A stretch of 64,000 bases of DNA from Candidatus Latescibacterota bacterium (GTDB taxonomy: Bacteria > Latescibacterota > UBA2968 > UBA8231). The notes beneath the pieces are model-generated. The model ran no database searches and was not told where the DNA came from. It saw only the letters and a program-made list of their open reading frames with translations. This document shows positions 54,310 to 64,000 of the stretch, one piece after another (position 1 is the stretch's first letter; each line of letters begins with the position of its first letter). The DNA is taken from assembly GCA_965197905.1 (NCBI GenBank), contig CBDAOB010000005.1:2496001-2560000 (forward strand). Reading direction: 5' to 3'. The position numbers and the translations under genes are program-made.

Positions 54310-56351
54310 TCACCGGTGTCCCCTCCTCCCGTTTCCGGCGAATCGGATCGCGCTGCATCAGCCGTGTCTTCACCATCGGGGAAAGCATCCGGATGTGGCT
54401 CGCCGGGCGATACGGCTGCGGCAGCCACGTCCTGATCGGATCTGCCTCTCATTTCGAGTCGATCCAGGGGTTTTCCAGCTAAAATGGTGTCGATCTCAGT
54501 GTCGTCCAAAACCTCGTACCGCAACAACGCAGCAGCCAGTGTATGTAAGCGCTCCTCGTTGGAACGGAGCAGCTCGGCGGCGGTCTCCTCGGCCTGGAGC
54601 ACCAGGTCGCGTATCTCGTCATCTATGGCCAAGGCGGTCTGCTCAGAGAAATTGCGGATGCGCGAAAAATCCTTACCGAGAAATACCTCCTCGTCGGCCC
54701 CTCCGAGGGAGAGCGGACCGATCTTTTTGTTCATGCCCCACTCGCAGATCATGGAGCGCGCCAGGGAGGTGACCTGCTTGTAATCGCCCTGGGCACCCGT
54801 CGAACGTTCTTCGAATATCAGATTCTCAGCACAGCACCCTCCCAGCGCCGTCGCCAGATGCGCCCTCAATCTCGATTCGGTGATAGACCGACGTTCATCC
54901 GACAAAAACGAAACCATGCCCATGGTCTGACCACGGGGAATTATGGTCGCCTTGTGAATCGGCGGCGCCCCCGGCAGCAGCTTCGCCACCATGGCGTGGC
55001 CGGCTTCGTGGTAGGCGGAAAGCTTCTTGTCCTCCTCGGTCATCACCATGCTCTTGCGCTCCGCCCCCATCATCACCTTGTCCTTAGCCTCCTCGAAGTC
55101 GACCATTGAGACTGCATCCCGGTCATGTCGAGAGGCGAGCAACGCCGCTTCATTTGCCAAATTAGCCAGATCCGCTCCAGAGAGCCCCGGGGTGCTCTGC
55201 GCCACGCGCTGGAGGTCTACACCCTCCTCCAACGGCATTTCCCGGGAGTGAACGTGCAGGATTCCCTGGCGGCCCCTCAAGTCGGGCAGATCAACCACAA
55301 TGCGCCGATCGAATCGGCCGGGTCGGAGCAGGGCTGGATCGAGCACGTCGGGCCTGTTCGTTGAGGCCAGCAGAATGACGCCATCGTTGGACTCGAAACC
55401 ATCCATCTCAACGAGAAGCTGATTGAGCGTCTGCTCGCGCTCGTCGTGCCCACCCCCTATACCGGCGCCACGGTGCCTGCCCACCGCGTCGATCTCGTCC
55501 ATGAAAATAATGCAGGGCGCGTTCGTCTTTCCCTGCTCGAAGAGATCGCGGACCCGCGACGCGCCAACACCCACGAACATTTCCACGAAATCCGATCCAC
55601 TGATGCTAAAGAACGGAACACCGGCCTCGCCGGCGACGGCGCGGGCAAGGTGCGTTTTGCCTGTGCCCGGTGGACCGACAAGGAGAACGCCTTTGGGTAT
55701 TTTGCCGCCGAGGCGTTGAAACTTCTTGGGGTCCTTGAGAAACTCGATTACCTCCTGAAGCTCCTCTTTGGCCTCGTCGACGCCCGCTACATCCTCAAAG
55801 GTCGTTTTCTCCTTTTCCTCCGTGAGCAGCTTGGCGCGACTTTTCCCGAAAGAGAACAAACCCCTGGCGCCGCCTTGCATCTGGCGCAACATGAATATCC
55901 AGAACCCGATAAACAGCAACCACGGCAGAAAGCTGAAAAGCACTCCATACCATTGAAACGGCTTCTCTTTGAAGCGGAAGTTCAGCCCGATCGATTCCCA
56001 GTCGCGTTTGGTTGCGGCATCGATGGGGCCCAGGTTGACCACGAAGCGGGAGCCATCCACCAGCGTGCCGTGGAACTCGCTCTCGCCAATAATCGTGCCG
56101 TTTTCGATCTCGCCGTTGTCCAGGTATTCCCGGTACAGCTTGTAAGAAATCACCTCCGCATCGCTCGGCATGCTGCCGAAAAACTTGGCGGCGAAGATCA
56201 GGATGAGGACGAAAAGTATCCAGAACGCCTGGGTCCTGGAAGGGCGGCGCCACCGACGCCCTTCCCTGTTTGGCGAAGGGCGGGACCCCGCCGACGGATT
56301 GCCCTGCTCGTTGTGATTGCCGTCGTTTGCCGGTGATTCGTCTCGTTCCAT
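54306..56351 (-). CDS. ftsH: ATP-dependent zinc metalloprotease FtsH
   Basis: 2 TM helices, [35 protein letters not shown]. Confidence 0.97.
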   Translation of the reverse strand: MERDESPANDGNHNEQGNPSAGSRPSPNREGRRWRRPSRTQAFWILFVLILIFAAKFFGSMPSDAEVISYKLYREYLDNGEIENGTIIGESEFHGTLVDGSRFVVNLGPIDAATKRDWESIGLNFRFKEKPFQWYGVLFSFLPWLLFIGFWIFMLRQMQGGARGLFSFGKSRAKLLTEEKEKTTFEDVAGVDEAKEELQEVIEFLKDPKKFQRLGGKIPKGVLLVGPPGTGKTHLARAVAGEAGVPFFSISGSDFVEMFVGVGASRVRDLFEQGKTNAPCIIFMDEIDAVGRHRGAGIGGGHDEREQTLNQLLVEMDGFESNDGVILLASTNRPDVLDPALLRPGRFDRRIVVDLPDLRGRQGILHVHSREMPLEEGVDLQRVAQSTPGLSGADLANLANEAALLASRHDRDAVSMVDFEEAKDKVMMGAERKSMVMTEEDKKLSAYHEAGHAMVAKLLPGAPPIHKATIIPRGQTMGMVSFLSDERRSITESRLRAHLATALGGCCAENLIFEERSTGAQGDYKQVTSLARSMICEWGMNKKIGPLSLGGADEEVFLGKDFSRIRNFSEQTALAIDDEIRDLVLQAEETAAELLRSNEERLHTLAAALLRYEVLDDTEIDTILAGKPLDRLEMRGRSDQDVAAAAVSPGEPHPDAFPDGEDTADAARSDSPETGGGDTGE

Positions 56352-56361
56352 TGCTTCCAGC

Positions 56362-57807
56362 TCAAAGTTTCGAAGGCTGCAGATCGACAATCATGATCTT
56401 TCGGGTTTTCGGTTGCACCCTGAAAGGATGGGCCGGCCGCAAACCTGCGACCCAGACGACGTCCTCGCCATTCGTCAAAAGCAGCACATCATCGCGCAAG
56501 ATCCTCGGAACTCCGGAGTCGAGTAGGAACTCGTTGACGCGCTTGTGGCCGTTCATACCGAGTGGTTGAAATCGGTCGCCCCGACGCACGGCGCGAAGCT
56601 GGAGTTGAGAACCTGTAAGATCCGCATCGAAAGCCGCCCGGCACGCCGACAGTCCCTTCTTGATGGACGCGAAATCGTCGGCGTTCGAGAGGGTCGCGCT
56701 CAACCGCAAACCGAGGTCGTCGATCTCGGTGCTTCCGGGAACGGCGACGTCGATATCGATAATTCTGTTCCGTCCCCGGCGCAAAATCAATTGATCCCCG
56801 GTGACCTGGTACCAGAGATCCGAGAGCAGATGGCGACACCCCGAATGACCATTGCTCACCGCATTGACGATCTGTTCGATCTTCTGAAAGCTGCACTGTG
56901 ATCCGCCCGCAAAGTCTGTAATGAGCTGGCGAAGAATTCGCCGTTGTACCGCCAGGTGCTGACCCTCGAATCCCGACCGGGTCAGAATGACGACCTCCAT
57001 CGTCCTTCTCTCGACGACCTGTAGCATCGCCGACTGCGCAAAATCGGCCAAAAACCGATCCTCCTCTCCGAGAACAGTCGCGCTGCGGCACAGGGTTTGA
57101 ACGATGCCGGGGTTGAAGTGTCTGCGGAGTTCCGGAAGGAGACGGTGGCGGATGCGGTTCCTGAGGTGACGGATGTCCACATTGGTCCGATCTGTCTGGA
57201 ATTGCAACCCGCGACTCAAGGCGTAGGATTCGATGTCCGCCCGCCTGCATGACAGGAGTGGCCGCAGATAGAGGCCGTCACGCAACGATGACATTCCAGA
57301 CAGACCGGTGACACCGCTTCCACGCAGCAGGCGCATGAGCACCGTTTCCGCCTGGTCATCGGCGTGGTGTCCGAGAACCACAAATCGCGCACCGACAGTG
57401 GCAGCGGTTCGATTCAAAAACGCGTAGCGGGCTGCACGCGCGGTATCTTCGATGGAGGAAACGCTGCCTTCCGCGCACTGACCGGGTTGCAGCGTTTCCC
57501 GAGTACAGGGCAGACCGTACTGGCGCGAAAAGCTAACGACGAAATCAGCATCCAAGCCGGAATCGGGTCGCAGCCCATGATCCAGGTGCGCTACATGCAG
57601 TTCCAACCTCATTCGTTCGCGGAGGTCGTTGAGAATATCCAGGAGCACGACGGAGTCGGGTCCACCGGAGACGGCAACCAAAAGCCGTTCTCCACTCGCG
57701 GCATATCGGGTCAGGATATCTTGCACCCGACCCGGCAGGTTGGAAACCCCCTCCGACGATGTAGAATTCGGACGCGATGGCACGTATCTGTCTGGCAATT
57801 CTAGCAC
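56362..57807 (-). CDS. tilS: tRNA(Ile)-lysidine synthase
   Basis: AVSGGPDS, HLDHGLR, ARAARY, HHADDQAET, RNRIR. The start is uncertain. Confidence 0.95.
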   Translation of the reverse strand: MLELPDRYVPSRPNSTSSEGVSNLPGRVQDILTRYAASGERLLVAVSGGPDSVVLLDILNDLRERMRLELHVAHLDHGLRPDSGLDADFVVSFSRQYGLPCTRETLQPGQCAEGSVSSIEDTARAARYAFLNRTAATVGARFVVLGHHADDQAETVLMRLLRGSGVTGLSGMSSLRDGLYLRPLLSCRRADIESYALSRGLQFQTDRTNVDIRHLRNRIRHRLLPELRRHFNPGIVQTLCRSATVLGEEDRFLADFAQSAMLQVVERRTMEVVILTRSGFEGQHLAVQRRILRQLITDFAGGSQCSFQKIEQIVNAVSNGHSGCRHLLSDLWYQVTGDQLILRRGRNRIIDIDVAVPGSTEIDDLGLRLSATLSNADDFASIKKGLSACRAAFDADLTGSQLQLRAVRRGDRFQPLGMNGHKRVNEFLLDSGVPRILRDDVLLLTNGEDVVWVAGLRPAHPFRVQPKTRKIMIVDLQPSKL

Positions 57808-57816
57808 TTCGAACGC

Positions 57817-57832
57817 TGGAATGAGTATTGCT
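57817..57832 (+). promoter_or_regulatory. Putative sigma54 promoter
   Basis: TGGAATGAGTATTGCT (GG-N10-GC), about 53 nt before ATG 57886. Confidence 0.55.
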
Positions 57833-57885
57833 GATACTGAAATGTTAAGAAAAGCTGGAATGATGATCGGATCAAGGGAGTTACC

Positions 57886-58233
57886 ATGACAGCATCGCCG
57901 CGTAAGCTAGATCAAATTAAGATTCAGACAGCGAGAATGCTAGAGATTTATGCCCTGTTGCAGAAGGAGTTGAACGATGGCACCGGCTTATCCCTCTCGG
58001 GTGCTCAACGGGCCCAGCTGAACATGGCTGTGGAGAAGATCGAAGCCAACATGAAACAGCTGCAGGTTCAATTTGCCAAACAGCAGGAAGATTCTTCCGA
58101 AACCCGCGAGGAATTGGAAGAATTGGACCAGATTCTCAATGCAGTATTGCGCAATGGCACATGGAGGAGGAGCACTAGAGGGAGGCTTGTTCTCCTCCCC
58201 CATCCCTGGCTACCCCTCAGTTCGAAACGGTGA
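57886..58233 (+). CDS. Small coiled-coil hypothetical protein (3' end possibly frameshifted)
   Basis: GGGAG RBS and helical composition. The tail overlaps the convergent giant gene. Confidence 0.65.
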   Translation: MTASPRKLDQIKIQTARMLEIYALLQKELNDGTGLSLSGAQRAQLNMAVEKIEANMKQLQVQFAKQQEDSSETREELEELDQILNAVLRNGTWRRSTRGRLVLLPHPWLPLSSKR

Positions 58234-61200
58234 CCGCCAGAGGCGTCGTCCAATCGCTCACCCGACTATCGACGTCACGAGCTCTCACTCTGTAATAGTA
58301 GGTAAGTCCCCTGGTCACCGTGTTGTCTTCCCTGAATAGATTCAGATTGCTGGAACCCACCCCGACATAATCGGCGTCGTTGGTACTGTTGGCGACCGTC
58401 GTACGCTGGACATCGTAGTTCAGTATAGCGCCCGACGAGGCTTCCCAGCGAACGGTAACAACCGGCGATTGGGCGGCGTCCGAAGGTGTCGTTGAAGACA
58501 GCGTGACGTTCGCCGGAACATCGACTCCTCCCGTAGTTGCGGAAATCGTTGTGGATCTGGGGCTGACGTTCCCGTCGGTGTCGGCGGCTTCCACCTCGTA
58601 GAAATATGTAGTCTGCGCTGTCAGTCCGGTGTCCACGAACGAGGTTGCGTTAGAGTTACCAACCAGAGTGAACTGTCCGTCGCTGGCGTCGGAACGGTAG
58701 ATCAAATAACTATCCAACCCGGTAAGAGCCGAGCCATTGGAGTCTGTGATAGGAGCCTTCCAGGTGATACTCAACTGTTCCGGATCTCCTGTGACAGGCC
58801 TTCCCTCGACGAAGGTCGGAGCTGCCGGACCGCGATTGTCCGATTGAACCGTGGCGCCCACGAAAGACGACTGATCGCTTTCGCCATCGGTGGCGACGGC
58901 CGACACGCGATAAAAGAAGGTCGCTCCGCCCGTCAGACCGGAGTCGACGTAGGTGGTCTGTCCGGTGGTGAACGGGGTGTTTTCGACGCCAGTGAGTCGC
59001 GAATATTCCTGGTCGGAACGAGTCGACCGGTAGACGTTGTACCCCTGTAGTTCGCTGTCCGAGCTTGCGCTCCAAGTGACGACGATCTGCTTGATCCCGC
59101 TTGCGGCTCTGACGCCGCCGGGCCGCGAGATCCCCCCCGTCGTCGCGAATACCGATGACGACTGGAAACTGATATTGCCCGTCCCATCGACGGCGCTTAT
59201 GGCATAGAAGTAGGTTGTGGCAGCATCCAGGTCCGAATCGACAAACTGAGTCGTAGTCGCCTCCACCGTGTCGATGGCAACCACGGCTGAAGCGCTGTCC
59301 TTCGATCGCAGAATGATGTAGGACGAAAGATCGGTAAGGGTTCCTCCGTCACTGTCGGCTATGGGTGCGCTCCAATTCAAGGTAACCCGCCCGAAATCGG
59401 ATTTGTCGGGCATGGCCGACAGGTTCTCGGGAGCAGATGGCGCCACCTCGTCGATCAGGACCTCCGCGCTCACAAAGCCCGACTGCTCGCTCTGGGCCGA
59501 CGCGGTAACGGCCACGACCCGGTAGAAGAGACGAGCGCCACCCGTCAGATTAGAATCGATGTAGGTGGTCTGACCGGTGGTAAATGGCGTACCCTCCACG
59601 CCCTGGAGACGGGAGTATCCCTGGTCGGAGCGGGAGGAACGGTACAGATCATACCCTTGAAGGCTCTCGGTGGTCACCGAGGTCCATGTCAATAAGACAC
59701 GGCCGATTCCGCCGAATGCCTGCAGCCCGCTGGGCACCTCAACCCCCTGGGTTTGGGTGAGCACCGACGAAGCCTGACCGCTCTCATTGCCCGAGCTGTC
59801 AAATGCGATCACCGAATAGGCATAGGTCGTCAGTGCCTTCAATCCCGCGTCGACGTAGATCTTCAGCTCTGCACCCAAAGTGTCCAACGCCACGAAAGAG
59901 GTGGTGCCCCCTTCGGAGCGCAGCACCACGTACCCCTCCAACCCGGAAAGCTCGCTTCCATCGGCATCGGTCACCGGCGCGCTCCAGCTCAGGGTCACCC
60001 GACCAAAGTCCGACTCATCCGGCACCGCCGAGAGATTTCCCGGCGATGCTGGCGGCACCTGGTCCGGTCCGTTGGTGCGCACACTTACCGACGCTGCCCG
60101 AGCACTCTGATTGCCGAATGCGTCCACCGCCACTACCGTGTAGAAGTAGGTCTTCGATGGCTCCAAATTGAGATCTTCATACCCCGGCGCGCTTACCTGC
60201 GCCACCTGCACGAACGACGCCGTACCACCCAGTGACCGAAACACCAGATAACCGGTCAAACCGCTGAGCTCGCCACCCCCTGTATCGGTGACAGGAGTGG
60301 TCCAACTCAAGGTCACGCGGCTAAAGTTCGACTCGTCCGGCACCGCCGACAGGTTGCTCGGAGTCGATGGCGGTACCTCGTCCACCAGGACCTCGGCGCT
60401 GACGAACCCGGTCTGAGCACTCTCGGCCGCAGCCGTCACCGCAACGATCCGATAGAAGAAACGAGCGCCACCCGTCAGGTTCGAATCTACGTAGGTCGTC
60501 TGGCCGGTCGTAAACGGGGTGCCTTCCACTCCGGTCAAACGCGCAAACCCCTGATCCGAGCGAGTCGAACGAAAAACGTTATAACCCTGCAGACCCTCCG
60601 CTTGCACCGCCGACCACGACAGCACCACCCGACCAATGCCGCCTTCCGCACGCAGGCCCCCGGGCACCTCAACCCCCCGGGTTTGCGTCAGCACCGCAGA
60701 CGCCTGACCGCTTTCATTGCCGGCATTGTCGAACGCCACCACCGTATACGCATACGTGGTCAGCGCCTTCAACCCCGCATCCACGTAGGTGCGCGCGTCC
60801 GCGCTCAAAGTATCCAGCGCCACGAAAGAGGTGGTGCCCCCTTCCGAACGCAGCACCACGAAACCTGAAAGACCGGAGAGCTCGCCGCCGTCGGCATCGG
60901 TCACCGGAGCGCTCCAACTCAACGTCACCCGACTAAAGTCCGTCTCATCCGGCACCGCCGAGAGATTCCGTGGCGCCGTCGGAGAAACCTCGTCCGAAAC
61001 GACCTCGGCGCTGAAGAACCCGGAGCGATCGCTTTCCGCCGAAGCGGTGACCGCCGTTACCTGGTAAAAAAATCGATCGCCACCTGCCAACCCCGAATCC
61101 ACGAAAGTCGTCTGACCGGTCGTAAATGGCGTGCCTTCCACACCCTGCAGGCGCGCATACCCCTGATCAGAGCGAGTGGAACGATACAGGTTATACCCCT

Positions 61201-64000
61201 GCAGACCCTCCACCTGAACCGCCCTCCACGACAGCACCACCCGACCAATGCCGCCTTGAGCGCTCAAACCACTCGGCACCTCCACCCCTTGGGTCTGCGT
61301 CGATACGGGCGACGCCTGGCCACTCTCGTTGCCCGCATCGTCGAAAGCGATGACGGTATACGCATAGGTGGTCAACGCCTTCAATCCCTCGTCGACGTAG
61401 CTACGCGCAGCCGCTCCAAGCGTATCCAACACCACAAAAGAGGTAGTGCCCCCCTCCGAGCGCAGCACCACGAATCCGGCAAGACCGGAGAGCTCGCCGC
61501 CGCCGGCATCGGTCACCGGCGCGCTCCAGCTCAAGGTCACCCTCCCGAAGTCAGACTCATCCGGCACGGCCGATAGGTTCCGCGGGGCCGTCGGCGAAAC
61601 CTCGTCCGAAACGACCTCCGCGCTGACGAAGCCGGAACGATCGCTTTCCGCCGAAGCGGTAACCGCCGTGACCTGGTAGAAGAATCGATCGCCACCTGCC
61701 AACCCGGAATCCACGAAGGTCGTCTGACCGGTCGTAAACGGCGTGCCTTCCACTCCCGTGAGGCGCACATACCCTTGATCCGAGCGAGTGGAACGAAACA
61801 GGTTGTACCCTTGCAACCCCTCCGCTTCTACCGCAGTCCAGGTCAGCACCACTCTGCCTATCTCTCCACCCGCTCGCAAACCCGACGGAATCTGCACGCC
61901 CTGAGTGCGCGTCGACACCGACGAGGCCTGGCCGCTTTCATTGCCGGCGGCGTCGAACGCCACCACGGTATACGCGTAGGTAGTAAGTGCCTTTAAACCT
62001 TCATCCACGTACTCACGAACTCCGACCGTGAGGGTATCCACGACGACGAACGATGCCGTGCCGCCTTCCGACCGCAACACCACAAAACCTTCCAACCCGG
62101 TCAACTCGCCCCCATCCGCATCCAACACAGGTGCGGTCCAACTCAAGGTCACGCGGCCAAAGTTCGACTCATCCGATATTGCGGATAGATTCCCGGGCGC
62201 ACGCGGCGGCACTTCGTCCGCCAGCACCTCGGCGCTCACGAACCCCGACTGCACGCTTTCCGCCAAGGCCGTCACCGCCACCACGCGGTAGAAGAAGCGG
62301 GCGCCGCCGGTCAAGTTCGAATCCACATAGGTCGTCTGACCGGTCGTAAACGGGGTGCCCTCCACTCCGGTCAGCCGGGCATATCCCAGATCCGAACGGG
62401 TCGAACGAAAAACGTTGTACCCCTGCAGACCCTCCACCTGAACCGTCCTCCACGACAGCACCACCCGACCAATGCCGCCCTGAGCGCTCAACCCACTCGG
62501 CACCTCCACCCCTTGGGTCTGCGTCGATACGGGCGACGCCTGACCGCTTTCGTTGCCCGCATCGTCGAAGGCGATGACGGTATAGGCGTAGGTGGTCAGC
62601 GCCTTCAATCCCTGGTCGACGTAGCTCCGCACTTCCGCTCCAAGCGTATCCAGCACCACAAAAGAGGTGGTGCCCCCCTCCGACCGCAGCACCACGAAAC
62701 CTGAAAGACCGGAGAGCTCGCCGCCGTCGGCATCGGTCACCGGCGCGCTCCAGCTCAAGGTCACCCTCCCGAAGTCAGACTCATCCGGCACGGCCGATAG
62801 GTTCCGCGGGGCCGTCGGCGAAACCTCGTCCGAAACGACCTCCGCGCTTACGAAACCGGAGCGATCGCTTTCAGCGGAAGCAATGACCGCCGTTACCTGG
62901 TAAAAGAATCGATCGCCGCCTGCTAACCCAGAATCCACGAAGGTCGTCTGACCGGTCGTAAACGGCGTGCCTTCCACGCCCGTCAGGCGGGCATACCCCT
63001 GATCCGAGCGGGTGGAACGAAAAAGGTTATACCCCCGCAACCCTTCCTCCTCTACCGCAGTCCACGTCAGCACCACTCTGCCTATGTCTCCACCCGCCTG
63101 CAAGCCCGACGGAATCTCCACTCCCTGAGTGCGCGTCTCCACCGCCGCAGCCTGGCCGCTTTCATTACCTGAGCCGTCGAACGCCACCACGGTATACGCG
63201 TAGGTAGTCAGCGCTTTTAGATCTTCATCCACGTATTCGCGAACGCCGGCCGAAAGGGTGTCAACCGCTATGAAAGAAGCGGTGCCACCTTCCGAGCGCA
63301 GCACCACGAAACCTTCCAACCCGGTCAGCTCGCCCCCATCCGCATCGGTCACCGGAGCACTCCAACTCAAAGTCACCCGGCCGAAGTTCGACTCATCCGG
63401 TATCGCGGACAGATTCCCAGGCGCCCGCGGCGGCACCTCATCGCTGCGAGCCGTGGCACCTACGAATCCGGTTTGTTGACTGATGAGACCGTCGCTGCCA
63501 ACCGCCTCCACCCGGTAAAAGAATTGGCTCTCCGCTACGAGACCCGAATCGACGTAGGAGGTCTGGCCCGTGGTGAACGGGGTCCCCTCAAGACCGACAA
63601 GCCGGACATATCCCGTGTCTGATCGCGTCGACCTGTAGACGTTGTATCCGAGAAGCTCGGCTGCTTCCGTCGCTTCCCACTGGAGGATGATACGGCCGAT
63701 TTCACCGATGGCCGCCAACCTCGTCGGCGACGGCAGGCCTTGAGTCCGGGTCCGGCTCGACGCGGCCAACTGACTCTCGTTGCCGGCGTCGTCGAACGCC
63801 ATGACCGAGTAGGAGTAGTCGGTCAGCGCCTTCAAACCCACGTCTATGTACTCCCGGATACCGGCACCTAGGGTGTCGACGGGCGCCAATCCTCCCGTTC
63901 CGACCTCGGATCGGAAAACCACGAATCCGGCCAACCCGGTAAGTTCGCCGCCGTCGGCGTCGAGAGTGGGCGGGCTCCAGCGCAGAACGATGCGGCCCAC
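58217..64000 (-). CDS. Giant fibronectin type III repeat surface protein (5' end outside the window)
   Basis: At least 1927 aa with about 19 FN3 domains showing the P.NL..V.L.W....Y.V.R....Y.D..L.....Y.Y.V.A pattern. Confidence 0.92.
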   Translation of the reverse strand: MGRIVLRWSPPTLDADGGELTGLAGFVVFRSEVGTGGLAPVDTLGAGIREYIDVGLKALTDYSYSVMAFDDAGNESQLAASSRTRTQGLPSPTRLAAIGEIGRIILQWEATEAAELLGYNVYRSTRSDTGYVRLVGLEGTPFTTGQTSYVDSGLVAESQFFYRVEAVGSDGLISQQTGFVGATARSDEVPPRAPGNLSAIPDESNFGRVTLSWSAPVTDADGGELTGLEGFVVLRSEGGTASFIAVDTLSAGVREYVDEDLKALTTYAYTVVAFDGSGNESGQAAAVETRTQGVEIPSGLQAGGDIGRVVLTWTAVEEEGLRGYNLFRSTRSDQGYARLTGVEGTPFTTGQTTFVDSGLAGGDRFFYQVTAVIASAESDRSGFVSAEVVSDEVSPTAPRNLSAVPDESDFGRVTLSWSAPVTDADGGELSGLSGFVVLRSEGGTTSFVVLDTLGAEVRSYVDQGLKALTTYAYTVIAFDDAGNESGQASPVSTQTQGVEVPSGLSAQGGIGRVVLSWRTVQVEGLQGYNVFRSTRSDLGYARLTGVEGTPFTTGQTTYVDSNLTGGARFFYRVVAVTALAESVQSGFVSAEVLADEVPPRAPGNLSAISDESNFGRVTLSWTAPVLDADGGELTGLEGFVVLRSEGGTASFVVVDTLTVGVREYVDEGLKALTTYAYTVVAFDAAGNESGQASSVSTRTQGVQIPSGLRAGGEIGRVVLTWTAVEAEGLQGYNLFRSTRSDQGYVRLTGVEGTPFTTGQTTFVDSGLAGGDRFFYQVTAVTASAESDRSGFVSAEVVSDEVSPTAPRNLSAVPDESDFGRVTLSWSAPVTDAGGGELSGLAGFVVLRSEGGTTSFVVLDTLGAAARSYVDEGLKALTTYAYTVIAFDDAGNESGQASPVSTQTQGVEVPSGLSAQGGIGRVVLSWRAVQVEGLQGYNLYRSTRSDQGYARLQGVEGTPFTTGQTTFVDSGLAGGDRFFYQVTAVTASAESDRSGFFSAEVVSDEVSPTAPRNLSAVPDETDFSRVTLSWSAPVTDADGGELSGLSGFVVLRSEGGTTSFVALDTLSADARTYVDAGLKALTTYAYTVVAFDNAGNESGQASAVLTQTRGVEVPGGLRAEGGIGRVVLSWSAVQAEGLQGYNVFRSTRSDQGFARLTGVEGTPFTTGQTTYVDSNLTGGARFFYRIVAVTAAAESAQTGFVSAEVLVDEVPPSTPSNLSAVPDESNFSRVTLSWTTPVTDTGGGELSGLTGYLVFRSLGGTASFVQVAQVSAPGYEDLNLEPSKTYFYTVVAVDAFGNQSARAASVSVRTNGPDQVPPASPGNLSAVPDESDFGRVTLSWSAPVTDADGSELSGLEGYVVLRSEGGTTSFVALDTLGAELKIYVDAGLKALTTYAYSVIAFDSSGNESGQASSVLTQTQGVEVPSGLQAFGGIGRVLLTWTSVTTESLQGYDLYRSSRSDQGYSRLQGVEGTPFTTGQTTYIDSNLTGGARLFYRVVAVTASAQSEQSGFVSAEVLIDEVAPSAPENLSAMPDKSDFGRVTLNWSAPIADSDGGTLTDLSSYIILRSKDSASAVVAIDTVEATTTQFVDSDLDAATTYFYAISAVDGTGNISFQSSSVFATTGGISRPGGVRAASGIKQIVVTWSASSDSELQGYNVYRSTRSDQEYSRLTGVENTPFTTGQTTYVDSGLTGGATFFYRVSAVATDGESDQSSFVGATVQSDNRGPAAPTFVEGRPVTGDPEQLSITWKAPITDSNGSALTGLDSYLIYRSDASDGQFTLVGNSNATSFVDTGLTAQTTYFYEVEAADTDGNVSPRSTTISATTGGVDVPANVTLSSTTPSDAAQSPVVTVRWEASSGAILNYDVQRTTVANSTNDADYVGVGSSNLNLFREDNTVTRGLTYYYRVRARDVDSRVSDWTTPLAVTVSN
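59400..64000. repeat. Intragenic tandem repeats with a 612-bp unit and 1224-bp higher-order period
   Basis: gaagtcagactcatcc occurs at 61547 and 62771, and aagttcgactcatcc at 62160 and 63384. Adjacent units are offset by 612 bp. Confidence 0.9.

Noticed and set aside
59400..64000. Repeats as a CRISPR array or mobile element
   Set aside because: The units are 612-bp in-frame coding repeats without spacers, inverted ends or a transposase.

Overview
This is a gene-dense, GC-rich (roughly 60%) bacterial chromosomal segment. It probably comes from a diderm FCB-group lineage such as Ca. Latescibacterota, which is an inference from gene content only. In order it holds: (1) the start of a sigma54-type flagellar operon (flgB, flgC, hypothetical, lytic transglycosylase); (2) a surface-glycan locus with GT2, O-antigen-ligase/TPR, sulfatase-VanZ fusion, WecA/MraY-like, epimerase, GT4 and GT2 genes, two of them broken by single-base frameshifts; (3) murein recycling genes (mpl, ldcA); (4) three unrelated secreted proteins sharing a C-terminal T-x-[VI]-x3-[ST]-W-[GA]-x-[LI]-K-x2-F motif; (5) an acyl-CoA ligase-galU-larA operon; (6) a FapA/DUF342 protein with a triplicated N-terminal module; (7) ilvBN, a TonB-dependent receptor and a ppdK-parA-parB-lipoprotein operon; (8) larB-mobA, cyoE, ligA, argR-argB-argD-argH plus an enolase-superfamily gene, and tilS-ftsH-folP-cdaA; (9) the 3' end of a giant fibronectin-III repeat protein with 612/1224-bp periodicity. 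I recognised no rRNA, tRNA, CRISPR array or mobile element. The best candidate for an undescribed system is the shared C-terminal 'WGxxK' motif, a putative protein sorting or anchoring signal. Next are a dispersed sigma54 regulon and the non-canonical sulfatase-VanZ glycan module.
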